DNA of 63,426 nt, filler included, from Octopus bimaculoides (GCF_001194135.2; 10 parts of 9 records of this genome joined end to end with filler, not necessarily neighbours in it); one strand, 5' to 3'. Counted from the whole stretch's first letter, positions 49,723 to 62,588 are shown. Notes: a model not told the origin generated them from the sequence alone. Translations and numbers: made by a program.

Positions 49723-50678
49723 ACATACACACACCACCACCACCACCACATCTCCACCGTACAAAACAAGACATCTTGGATGACAACTGAAAAATTCTAT
49801 TCCCAAATACACTAACTGACATAAATAATCTGACAAGAAGCAACCAAGATAACCATCATAACACCTATTTTACATAAATGATAAGGAAAATGAAAAGCAG
49901 AAAATTCAACAATAGACAAGCATTTTTATATATCTTGTGAAAACTCTGCTACTTAAATGTGCTCAAGGGTGACAAGAATATAAAATGCCTCATTCATTCC
50001 TTCTATAGAGCACATGATTTAGACACCTGTTTTCCGACAGACTCTAGCAGTGTAATAACATCTATAACGTGAACTTAATTAAAATCTAGGATATATGTAA
50101 AATGATCAAATCTATGTAAAATGAGCTTTTCCACTAGAACTTTCAGGCATAGAGAAATAAACTGGTGCATGAAAGAAGAACTGTCTAAACTGAAATCGAA
50201 ATTTTATATTCTGATTCTACATATTGCTTGGTGTTCATTTTGGTGTGAGAGATAAATAAATAAATTTTAATAAGTATGCGTCCACTCGCATAGCCACCCT
50301 ACTAATTCTGCGTTTTGAATACTGAAAATGTAAGGAACTGTAAACTTGTTTTAATACTATTAACTTTTTGTTGGTTAAATATTATCTATATAACATTTTA
50401 TAAATCATATGCAACCCCCACCACCCGCAATAAAGCATTTATTGGAATTTTTTATTTATTTATATAGTTTGTATTAATTTTATTTATAAGAAAAACCTAT
50501 ATTCAGAAAAGCTCTTTCAACGTAAATAAAATGTAAATTCTTAATTACAATTATGATATGCAATAAAAGAAACGGTGCACAAATCTCAAACGAAATACAT
50601 AAACAGTGAACGCCATAAAATAGCATCCATTGTCTTTTCCAGTCAAAGTGAGGTAAACTTTCTCTTGATTTCTGTACA

Positions 50679-50850
50679 TCTAGTATATATAAATCACAGT
50701 ATGTGCGTTTATATTGACTACCACATACATTTCCACAGTTCCCAACCGATTCTCACGAAACTTTACACACACATTACGTATGTCTCAAGGATGGTCATGT
50801 ACTAAAACATTTTGCCCAGGGCTCTCGCGTAAATGGACAGACCGGGAGAA
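50679..50850 (+). mobile_element. Possible non-autonomous Helitron-like 5' segment
   Basis: Starts A|TCTAGTATATATAAA and contains aaccgattctcacgaaactttacacacac, resembling motifs of invertebrate non-autonomous Helitrons; no convincing 3' hairpin/CTRR found. Confidence 0.3.
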
Positions 50851-51762
50851 ACGGTGGTTTACACGGGTTTTTCGTTATATGTACATAATTTGTTTGTATG
50901 TAGGGTCTTCTATTCTTCTGGAATTTATATGGCCGTATATTGGCATACAGAGAATGTTTTTACATTTGTTTCAATTAATATTTATTTATGTTGGAAATTG
51001 TGTATTAATACTTGGTTAGAGAATGTTATAAAAGCGAAAGGATTTTGTCTATTTATTTATTTCGACTGTCCAACTTCGACGGTGATTAAATTGACTAGGA
51101 ACGATGTACGCAATGAATATCCAATACCAGACAATCTTAATCTCCATATTTAAACTGCATTAAACTTTGGCAAGCTTACCTTTACCTATTCTGAGTTAGT
51201 TGGAAGGTGATACTCCCTTCCCTCTCTTTTATTTGTTGATACCTTTGTTTACCTACCAATGCGTTGTTTCACTTTAAGGATGCTTATTTACCCATCCATT
51301 ATGATATTTCGAACGTGACATTTTTTTAATGCGAAATGTTAAAGATTCAAAGCAGTATTCGTGAATTGAAGTCAAATTTTCAACGTCTTCATTCAATTTT
51401 CTTACACTGTTTCTGACAAGAAATTTCGCTTTTATATAAAACAACTATATTTTGTAGTCGTTATCCGTAATCTATTCCCAAAACACTTTAGTAGCTCTAC
51501 TTTGCATCGCTTGCAAACTTATATGTTTATTAGTTAAAGTGCCAGGACGTTCACAATAACCAGCCTTCAATTTGGCTTTCTCTTCCTATGTTAATCGGAA
51601 GCATACATTGCCGTGCTACTCATAAAACCGTCTCGGTAGTTCAATTAATTAGTTTCAAAAATGCCACCAAAGCAACTTAAATCGTCCACAGGATGAATGT
51701 GTTTGCTAATTTTATATGGATTTGTGCCTATTTTCATTACCTTTTCTGAATTCACAAGCTTT

Positions 51763-51973
51763 CCAGTTTTATATTTAAGAGATGAAGAATTATGTACATT
51801 ATTTACATTTGACGGATATTTGTCCTCATCTTACTTGTTGTTAACACAACGTTTCGGCTGATATACCCTCCAGCCTTCATCAGGGGTCCTGGGGAAATTT
51901 CGAACCTGGGTTCTCATTCCTAAGATATTTTTCAATGCTGTTGTTGTTGTTGTTATTATTATTATTATTATTG
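51763..51973 (-). mobile_element. Solo pLTR of the same Penelope-like family, lacking its tRNA-like head
   Basis: Reverse complement of about 44115-44315 (gacggatatttgtcctcatc..aacacaacgtttcggctgatataccctccagccttcatcagg..cctgggttctcattcctaag). Confidence 0.9.
51843..51888 (-). ncRNA. Minimal type-I hammerhead ribozyme motif with intact catalytic core
   Basis: Minus strand: GACCC CTGATGA A GGCTG GAGGGTATAT CAGCC GAAA CG TT GTGTT; palindromic ACGT stem III; one mismatch in stem I. Confidence 0.78.
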
Positions 51974-51974
51974 T

Positions 51975-52266
51975 TCAGTAGTTTTATTTTTATAACGTGC
52001 TTTCACTTCACTACCTAGCGCAGCTCTGTGCGCCTTGGGTATGTGCTGTGGTTTGCTGTGGTCCTCTTATGTTTACTGTATTGAAAGTGTTTTGCGTAGA
52101 ATGTGTGCAGTACCCAGTAGTGCAATTTTCTGTATGTTATATATATTTGTAAGTCCTGGTGTTTTTCTTATGTATTTGTCTGAATATTTTTTTATTATAC
52201 CTAAGGCACCTACTATGATAGGAATCGTTTCTGTTTTTAGACTCCACATTCGAGTTATCTCTATTT
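51975..52266 (-). mobile_element. Dong-like (R4 clade) retrotransposon 3' end with an uninterrupted C-terminal frame
   Basis: IEITRMWSLKTETIPIIVGALGIIKKYSDKYIRKTPGLTNIYNIQKIALLGTAHILRKTLSIQ* (stop 52073-52075), about 100-nt 3' UTR, then (AAT)n. Confidence 0.85.
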
Positions 52267-52493
52267 NNNNNNNNNNNNNNNNNNNNNNNNNNNNNNNNNN
52301 NNNNNNNNNNTTAATTAATTAANNNNNNNNNNNNNNNNNNNNNNNNNNNNNNNNNNNNNNNNNNNNATATATATATATATATATGTATGTATGTATATAT
52401 GTATATGTGTGTATATGTGTGTATATGTATATATATATATATGTATGTATGAGCGTATGTGTGTATATGTGTACATATGTGTATGCATGTGTG

Positions 52494-52526
<33 letters not shown>

Positions 52527-53987
52527 GTATATGTGTGCGTGTTCGTATGTATATGTGAGTGTGAGTTTTGACGTGGGTGTGTATATAAATATGCATATAT
52601 GAACCTATTGGAGTAAATGTAGGTCTGTTTGTTTATATATATGCGCATAAACATACGTATAAGTGTTTATATACATTCATCTCGATATTTTCATAGAAAC
52701 ACAGTATTAACCCCATTTATAATGCTTTTTTTATTACATAACATTCCTCTCCCAAAATTTTTTTAATTTTTTTTATTTTTATTTATATCATCCCATCTAC
52801 TCCCAAATCTACACTCTTAATTTTCCTTCTCTCTCTCTCTTTTTTTTTTCTCTTCCTTTCTTGTCCAACGTACTATCTGGTAGCGTCCACATCTCTAACG
52901 GTTTTTTCAAATGAATTACGTTATGACCTTATCCAACTATAGTTCTCATACTCGGTCATAATATCTTAAGTTTAAGATGGTTCCCATACATTTCCCTAAG
53001 GAGAAGTTTATACTTTTAACATCGACGATTCCTATGGATCGCATAACTTGTAATTCTTCGAAACATATGTCGGAATAAAGTATGCAGTTATAACATGCGT
53101 TCACTCCATTCCTTAAATTTATAAATACTCAAATACCTAAAATATCAAGGAGTTTCTGCCTCACAAACAGGGAATTACTCCACAGTTATTTTGTGATCTT
53201 TGCTACCCTGGTTTCTATTAACCCATTTATTCTATCCGAATTATTATTAATTAGGATAAAATAAATACATATAATTAAATATATATATATATATATATAN
53301 NNNNNNNNNNNNNNNNNNNNNNNNNNNNNNNNNNNNNNNNNNNNNNNNNNNNNNNNNNNNNNNNNNNNNNNNNNNNNNNNNNNNNNNNNNNNNNNNNNNN
53401 NNNNNNNNNNNNNNNNNNNNNNNNNNNNNNNNNNNNNNNNNNNNNNNNNNNNNNNNNNNNNNNNNNNNNNNNNNNNNNNNNNNNNNNNNNNNNNNNNNNN
53501 NNNNNNNNNNNNNNNNNNNNNNNNNNNNNNNNNNNNNNNNNNNNNNNNNNNNNNNNNNNNNNNNNNNNNNNNNNNNNNNNNNNNNNNNNNNNNNNNNNNN
53601 NNNNNNNNNNNNNNNNNNNNNNNNNNNNNNNNNNNNNNNNNNNNNNNNNNNNNNNNNNNNNNNNNNNNNNNNNNNNNNNNNNNNNNNNNNNNNNNNNNNN
53701 NNNNNNNNNNNNNNNNNNNNNNNNNNNNNNNNNNNNNNNNNNNNNNNNNNNNNNNNNNNNNNNNNNNNNNNNNNNNNNNNNNNNNNNNNNNNNNNNNNNN
53801 NNNNNNNNNNNNNNNNNNNNNNNNNNNNNNNNNNNNNNNNNNNNNNNNNNNNNNNNNNNNNNNNNNNNNNNNNNNNNNNNNNNNNNNNNNNNNNNNNNNN
53901 NNNNNNNNNNNNNNNNNNNNNNNNNNNNNNNNNNNNNNNNNNNNNNNNNNNNNNNNNNNNNNNNNNNNNNNNNNNNNNNNNNNNNNN

Positions 53988-54232
53988 CTAACGTTTCTCA
54001 TTTCTTTACTGCCCAAAAGGGGCTAAACATAGAGGAGACAAACAAGGACAAACAAAGAGATTAAGTCGATTACATCGACTCCAGTGCGTAACTGGTACTT
54101 ATTTAATTGACCCCGAAAGGATGAAAAACAAAGTTGACCTCGGCGGAATTTGAACTCAGAACGTAGCGGTAGACGAAATACCGCTAAGCATTCCGCCCGG
54201 CGTGCTAACGTTTCTACCAGCTTGCCGCCTCG
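53988..54232 (-). mobile_element. SINE family A, near full length
   Basis: gaccccgaaaggatgaaaaacaaagttgacctcggcggaatttgaactcagaacgtagcggtagacgaaataccgctaagcattccgcccggcgtgctaacgtttctaccagc. Confidence 0.9.
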
Positions 54233-55146
54233 CTTAAAGTAAGTATTGAAGTATGAATGAAAGTCGTGAAAAAAAGACGACTGAAAATAAGAGAAAGAAA
54301 GAAAGAAATGAAGAAAGAAAGAATTTGAAAAGGAAGAAAGAAAAAACGAAGAAAGAAAAAAAAGGAAATAAAGTGAGAAAACGCGTAACAAAGAAAAAAA
54401 GTAAACAAGACAGAAACAAACAAACAAACAAACCAACAAACACAGAAATAGAGATAAAGAAATGGAAATAGAGAAATGTAAAAGAAGAAAGGGAAAAGAA
54501 AGTCAGGAAAAGGATAAAGACAGAGAAAGGAAGAATAAAGAGAATAAAGGAAAGAAGAAAAGAAAAAGAGAAAGAAACTATGAAAGAAAAAAAGTGAAAA
54601 AAGCAGGAAAAAAGAAAGTAAATCTAAAAAAAGGAGGAGGAAAAAGAAAAAGATTTTTCAAAAATTGAATGAAACGAAGAAGAATAACTGCTTTTCATAG
54701 TAACAAAAATGTACATTGAAAAAAAAAATACCAGAAAAGAGCGGGAAGGAAAAACTGCAAAAGTAAAANNNNNNNNNNNNNNNNNNNNNNNNNNNNNNNN
54801 NNNNNNNNNNNNTTAATTAATTAANNNNNNNNNNNNNNNNNNNNNNNNNNNNNNNNNNNNNNNNNNNNAGATTTCTCGACTCGGATCTGGTTCATTATCC
54901 GAGTAAGTGGTCCTATATAATCCGGTCTATGACCATTCCGGTTTGTATTTTGTTTTATTAACAGTGAGGCATAACAAGCTTCGACGTTGACGCTAGGGGA
55001 CGGATCTGTCTGTTTAGGGTAAATTTTTTGAGACAACACCGTCTGCGAGCTCTCGTGACATAGCTTCTTAAGGCTAGCAGATCTATTTCGAGTAAGTGGC
55101 CCTTTGTGATTCGGTCGACGACCAATCTGGTTTGTGATCTGCGTTG

Positions 55147-55217
<71 letters not shown>

Positions 55218-55219
<2 letters not shown>

Positions 55220-55905
55220 GGCGGTGAGATGGCAGACTCGTTAGCACGCCGGGTAAAGTGATTAGCGATGTGTTGCCCGTCGTTACGCTCTGAGTTCAAA
55301 TTCCGACGTGGTCGAATTTTCCTTTTATCATTTCGGGGTCGATAAATTAAGTACCAGTGAAACACTCGGGTCGATGTAATCGGCTATTCCCCTTTCCCAC
55401 CCAAATTCCAGGCTTTGTGCCTATAGTAGAAAGACTTATAATTATTATTATTGATAAGGCGGTGAGCTGCCAGAATCGTTAGTGCGCTGGATGAAATGCT
55501 TAGCGATATTTCGACGTCGTTACGTTCTGAGTTCAAATTCCTCCGAGGTCGAGTTTGCCTTTCATCCGTTCTATGACGATAAAATAAGTACCAGTTGAGC
55601 ATTGGAGTCGATGTGATCGATTCATCTCCCACTATCTGCCCTTGTGACAAAAAATTGAAACATTAATAAAAGTAAATAATATTATTATTATTGATAAGGC
55701 GGTGAGCTGGCAGAATCGTTAGCAAACCGGGCGAAGTACTTAGCGTTAAGTCGTCCATCTCCACGTTCTGAGTTCGAATTTCACCGAGTTCGACGTTACT
55801 TAACATCCTTTCGGAGATGAGAACCAGTTGACTACCGGGGTCGCTTTAATCAACTTATCCTCCGCCTCCGAGGTTGCTGGCCTTGTGACAACATTTGAAA
55901 CCACT
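55218..55905 (+). mobile_element. Three head-to-tail SINE family A copies joined by (ATT)n
   Basis: aaggcggtgag starts near 55218, 55455 and 55695, each immediately after attattatt. Confidence 0.88.
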
Positions 55906-56040
55906 ATTGTTGTTGTTGTTGTTGTTGTTGCTGCTGTTATTGGTTTTCAGGCTGTGAACTGGAAAATCGCTAGAACATTGGACAAATTACTTAGCGGCAG
56001 TAAATATCTCTTAAAGTGAGATATTCAGCAACAGTAGTTT

Positions 56041-56438
56041 GTAGTAAAAAAAAAAAATTGCCAACATAACATGGCAGTCCCGGTCTAGGACGAATGTTGC
56101 TGTAATTTAGCCCCTGAAGACATCGTCTCAAGCTGGCTATACGACACGATTTGTGCTCTTACGTTTCCAAACAAGGGAACACAGCATCCCCACTCAACCC
56201 AAAACAATATCGCTGTATCGCGATTATTCTGTGCTGATGAAGAGAAATAACCCGGAAATCGCAATACGCAGATATTGTTTTGAGCTGAGTGGGGGTGCTA
56301 GATTCCCTTGTTCGAAAATGTAAGGACACAGATCGTGTCGTATAGCCAGCTGGATACGATATCTCCTGGGGCTAACTTACAGCAACATTCGTCCTAGACC
56401 AGGACTGCCATATTATGTTGACAAACAATCTTTACTAC
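56041..56438. mobile_element. About 400-bp near-complete fold-back element
   Basis: gtagtaaa..caacataacatggcagtcccggtctaggacgaatgttgctgtaa mirrors ttacagcaacattcgtcctagaccaggactgccatattatgttg..tttactac; spacer of about 30 nt at 56227-56256. Confidence 0.88.
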
Positions 56439-57466
56439 GTTTATTTTGTCTATTTCTCCACATCAGTTCCAGCAATATAGATCGAGAGTAGATCGAGATA
56501 TTACTTAAAGCATAGATATTTTCATTCCAATTTATGATTATTATAGTCGTAGTGAATATTGTAATGTTCTAGTCAGTATCGATGAGAATATCCCAGATGT
56601 TTGTCATCACATCATACCGGTTGTGGTATATAGTTATACATCTTGTTGTCACATCAATGGATAATAACAGGACATAACATGTACTAAATCTAATCAACAA
56701 AATAACAGAACACAACAGGCATAACTCATGATCGAAATAACAATGGATACAATTTGATAAAATCAGAAATACAAAGCATATTAACTGATAATACTACAAT
56801 CGAAAACAAAAATCCAGAAAACTATGTAATAAGCTCTAGAAACCTCATTAATTGCGAATTATAAAACAGACTTCATCTGAGCGAGACATACTGCATATGT
56901 ACTCGAGTATAAAAAAGGAAAGGTAGCATGGCGTTGATACTAACATTATGGTATACCTGATTTTCATAATTATTGTAAAGTCGAAGTGTAATAGAATGAC
57001 AATTACGAGCATACCCGTAATAGTTGCACTGCTAGGAATCAAAACTTAAATGATTATACAGGCTGCGATGGGTAAATTGTCGAAATTTTATATTTTTAAT
57101 TTCGTGGATGCATATTGTTTGTTTTTTTATTTCATCTACGACACAGTATAGTAGGGTCAGTTGGGCAAGGTCTATGAGAAAAACATCACCATGACGCAAT
57201 TCACTCTGTAACAAATTTGGAAACGACATGCTGTTCTGTTCATGGCATTCACGTTGAAAGCTCCAATACGAACATTTCAGACTGTTTGGCTGTTAATCTG
57301 AGGACAGTGCAATCTTTGGACATGTACCGAGGGCGATAAGAATCAAGCATTCATTCAACATAATAATGATGATGATGATGATGATGATGACGATGATGAT
57401 GATGATGACAATAAATAATGATGATAGTTAAGATAGTGATTATACTGTTTATGATGATGAATGAAT

Positions 57467-57590
57467 GAAGTTGCCACTAGTGATGACGGCGTTGTGCCTC
57501 CATTCATCTTCCCACTTGGCATCAGACTCAACATGGAGGCTTACATCAAGTGCCTGGAGGAGGTAGTGCTACCCTGGACCAAGAGGGTGG
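57467..57590 (+). mobile_element. maT/DD37D-like transposase fragment
   Basis: VATSDDGVVPPFIFPLGIRLNMEAYIKCLEEVVLPWTKRVA; same family as 4560-4890. Confidence 0.75.
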
Positions 57591-58774
57591 CTACTTTATA
57601 TATGTATGCGCGTACATATAATAATACTTCTCGGTGCATACCAACAGTGCTCACAAATCAAATAATAAACTCGAAGTACACAATATGTGGTTTATATAAT
57701 ATTAAAATTGTTTATTCTGACGAATTGCAAGACTCTTCAGCCATACTCTCTCACGTGAGAATATTCTCAAATTCTACCACATGACTGAGAACTTTTGTAA
57801 ATAATTGCAACGATTAATATTAATTACAAACATAAGCACTCACACGCAGTTTTACATATATGTGTGCGAGAGGCCGTGTGTGTGTGTGTGTATGTGATAC
57901 AAATATATACAAAACACCTTATATTTTATATACGTCTCCTGATTCCTCATTAACTCTAAAATTTACAGGTTGTTTTCCGTGTCACCCTCGTTCGTTATTA
58001 AATTTCTGTGTTATTTTTTTTTAACAAAAATGCTTTTATTTATTTTTATTCCATCTAATGAATAATAAAACTATATGGTTATCCAGTTACCTGGCTTGGA
58101 GGCAATTTACACATATACATTTCTCTTGCACTGTTTACCTACCTCGATCTCTCTCTCTAAATGTTTATATATATATATATATNNNNNNNNNNNNNNNNNN
58201 NNNNNNNNNNNNNNNNNNNNNNNNNNTTAATTAATTAANNNNNNNNNNNNNNNNNNNNNNNNNNNNNNNNNNNNNNNNNNNNTATATATATATATATAGA
58301 TAGATAGAGAATGAAAGAGATAAATAGATTGAAATATAATCTTTCGTGTACAAGCATACACTTGTGCGCTAATGCAATACTCTCCTAAATATATACATAC
58401 ACCACTAAATACCCTACATCTTTATAACCATTCACGTATTGACGCGATGGGACGGTGAGATGTAAGTCATTCGTGATTCGTACCTAAACCCGTTTTGTAT
58501 AGATTTACATTCACACAACATAATATGGCATGAGTTTATATACATCTAGTAATTTACATATACACATATACACATAGAATGTAACTAAAATGTACAGTCT
58601 TATACACTCACAAACTACTACACACCAACACACACTCATTCACACACATAAACCCACATATACACATACACTCACATACCTACACACAGAAACACAACCA
58701 TACATTCACTAATGCATGTACATATCTAAATAAATGCATGCATGTACGCACGCATGTAATAATTACATGCATGT

Positions 58775-58806
<32 letters not shown>

Positions 58807-59319
58807 NNNNNNNNNNNNNNNNNNNNNNNNNNNNNNNNNNNNNNNNNNNNNNNNNNNNNNNNNNNNNNNNNNNNNNNNNNNNNNNNNNNNNNNNNNNNNN
58901 NNNNNNAGGCCATACCTTCAACGCTAAGTATGACATCGACAAATGCCCTCTTCATGTCTTCCAGTTTTTATTGGTTACATCTTTATCACTTTCTGCTGTG
59001 ACAATTGACACCTCTCACTTGCAACGTCTTTCAACATTCTATACTATTAAAACAAATACAAACAAGAAGAAGAAGGAGGAGGAGGAGGAGGAGGAGAATA
59101 ATAATAATAATAATAATAATAATAAGAAGAAGAAGAAGAAGAAGAAGAAGAACACCAACAACAGTAATAACAACAACGGCTGCACGTTTTATTCTATGGA
59201 ACATAATACTCTGAAGTAGGAATTAAGAAGTGCTATTGACAGTGAAGCATATGATGCAAGCGAATCCAAAAACACAGTCTTCAGCATTGGAGAGACGAAC
59301 AAAAGAAATAATTCTTTCT

Positions 59320-59525
59320 ACTATAAGGTCATGGTCTGAAAATTCGGTGGAGGGAGCTAGTAGACTACATCGAACCTAGTGCACGACTGTTACTTATATC
59401 ACCGACCCCGAAAGGACGAAAGGCAAAGTCGGCCTCTCCGGAATTTGAACTCAAAAGGTAAAACCGGAAGATATACCATTAAGCATTTTGTCCGACGCAC
59501 TAAGGATTCTGCCAGCTTGCCGCCT
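59320..59525 (-). mobile_element. SINE family A
   Basis: gaccccgaaaggacgaaaggcaaagtcggcctctccggaatttgaactc...attctgccagcttgccgcctt. Confidence 0.8.
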
Positions 59526-59757
59526 TCAGAAAAAATAATGATCGATGATATGGAATGAAAAACAAGAATGTTACTGACGAATTGGCCCATTATTCCAATT
59601 ACAAAGTGGATTACTAAATCGACATGCAGTCACTCCTATAAAGGTATTGGTAGGTTACCTATATTCATAACTATAGAGTTAGAATGGTGCAAGAAAGAAT
59701 CGCCGTTATATATATACAAAGGTACAACATAAGTACTAACATCGCTAAAAATAGAAG

Positions 59758-59800
<43 letters not shown>

Positions 59801-60055
59801 NNNNNNNNNNNNNNNNNNNNNNNNNNNNNNNNNNNNNNNNNNNNTTAATTAATTAANNNNNNNNNNNNNNNNNNNNNNNNNNNNNNNNNNNNNNNNNNNN
59901 ACACACACACACACACACACGCATGCAGTCGACAAGAAGATAAAAAAGAAAACAATTGAATATAATTAATGGATGGTGGCGAAAGGAGGATGGATAGAAA
60001 TTCCCTTACAGGGTCCATTCATTAATTTCATTACACTTACTTTCCAACAATAACA

Positions 60056-60560
<505 letters not shown>

Positions 60561-60807
60561 AGAATAAGATATGCAACGACAACAAGAATAATTATTGTTT
60601 GAATGAGAAAAATGAAATAAAATACAATTTAATGATGAGAAAAATAACAAAAAATTTGCTCGTGTCTTTTAACATTCTGCCAGCAGCAGCAGCAGCGACA
60701 ATAGCAGCAGCAGCAGCAAGAAAGGAAAGAAAAACGTTGATGGCTCAAATAGCTGATGTTAGCTTCTTTTAACCTTTAACACTTTTATTGCTTTTACTTC
60801 ATCGTGC

Positions 60808-60950
60808 TTAAGTCGCTCGGTTCGCAACAGCATAGTTTCCTGTTCAGTCCCACTACACGGCACATACGGCAAGTGTCTTCTACTATAGGCTCGGGTTGAC
60901 TAATGTCTTTCAGTGAATTTAGGAGACGGAAACGGCGTGGAAGCCTTCGA
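60808..60950 (+). mobile_element. SINE family B, 5' part
   Basis: gttcagtcccactacacggcacatacggcaagtgtcttctactataggctcgggttgac...agacggaaac. Confidence 0.7.
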
Positions 60951-61152
60951 CTTTTTCTATCCAAAGGGCCTTATTTCACCCAATATTTACACGCTTTGAT
61001 TTATAGCTTTACCTGTTTCGAATTTCGCCGTTCAATAAAAAAAAAAAAAAAANNNNNNNNNNNNNNNNNNNNNNNNNNNNNNNNNNNNNNNNNNNNTTAA
61101 TTAATTAANNNNNNNNNNNNNNNNNNNNNNNNNNNNNNNNNNNNNNNNNNNN

Positions 61153-61184
<32 letters not shown>

Positions 61185-61419
61185 TCTGAATTTCATAAAA
61201 CTTCTATTTCTGAAAATGGTCGTATTTTGTATTTTCATTCTCGTGTAGTGATATTCATAATAGAATATGTGGATGTGATGAATAAGTATCATATAAAAAG
61301 TAACACAAAACAGAGATTGAAATTCTTTCGTATCGTACAGCAATGAATGAAACACTTTGTTGAGTATTGCAACTGAGACTCACATCATTATCTTCATTAT
61401 CACAATAATAACAACGTTT

Positions 61420-61565
61420 CAAATTTTGCCACAGGGGCAGCAATTTTTTTCGGAGGAGGGGATGATTCGATTACATCAACCCCAGTGTTTAACTGGTATT
61501 TATTTTATGGACCCCGAAAGGATGAAATGTATAGTCGACCTCGGCAGAATTTCAACTCAAAATGT
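61420..61565 (-). mobile_element. SINE family A fragment
   Basis: ttacatcaaccccagtgtttaactggtatttattttatggaccccgaaaggatgaaa..tagtcgacctcggcagaattt. Confidence 0.75.
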
Positions 61566-61661
61566 ACCGCTAATAATAATAATAATAATGATGATGATGA
61601 TGATGATAATGATAATAATATCAATAACAGCAATAACAACAACAACAACAACAACAACAAC

Positions 61662-61738
<77 letters not shown>

Positions 61739-62588
61739 NNNNNNNNNNNNNNNNNNNNNNNNNNNNNNNNNNNNNNNNNNNNNNNNNNNNNNNNNNNNNN
61801 NNNNNNNNNNNNNNNNNNNNNNNNNNNNNNNNNNNNNNNNNNNNNNNNNNNNNNNNNNNNNNNNNNNNNNNNNNNNNNNNNNNNNNNNNNNNNNNNNNNN
61901 NNNNNNNNNNNNNNNNNNNNNNNNNNNNNNNNNNNNNNNNNNNNNNNNNNNNNNNNNNNNNNNNNNNNNNNNNNNNNNNNNNNNNNNNNNNNNNNNNNNN
62001 NNNNNNNNNNNNNNNNNNNNNNNNNNNNNNNNNNNNNNNNNNNNNNNNNNNNNNNNNNNNNNNNNNNNNNNNNNNNNNNNNNNNNNNNNNNNNNNNNNNN
62101 NNNNNNNNNNNNNNNNNNNNNNNNNNNNNNNNNNNNNNNNNNNNNNNNNNNNNNNNNNNNNNNNNNNNNNNNNNNNNNNNNNNNNNNNNNNNNNNNNNNN
62201 NNNNNNNNNNNNNNNNNNNNNNNNNNNNNNNNNNNNNNNNNNNNNNNNNNNNNNNNNNNNNNNNNNNNNNNNNNNNNNNNNNNNNNNNNNNNNNNNNNNN
62301 NNNNNNNNNNNNNNNNNNNNNNNNNNNNNNNNNNNNNNNNNNNNNNNNNNNNNNNNNNNNNNNNNNNNNNNNNNNNNNNNNNNNNNNNNNNNNNNNNNNN
62401 NNNNNNNNNNNNNNNNNNNNNNNNNNNNNNNNNNNNNNNNNNNNNNNNNNNNNNNNNNNNNNNNNNNNNNNNNNNNNNNNNNNNNNNNNNNNNNNNNNNN
62501 NNNNNNNNNNNNNNNNNNNNNNNNNNNNNNNNNNNNNNNNNNNNNNNNNNNNNNNNNNNNNNNNNNNNNNNNNNNNNNNNNNNNNNNA

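Noticed and set aside
54240-54770. Lys/Glu/Arg-rich ORFs
   Set aside because: Decayed purine-rich simple repeat with no codon or domain structure.
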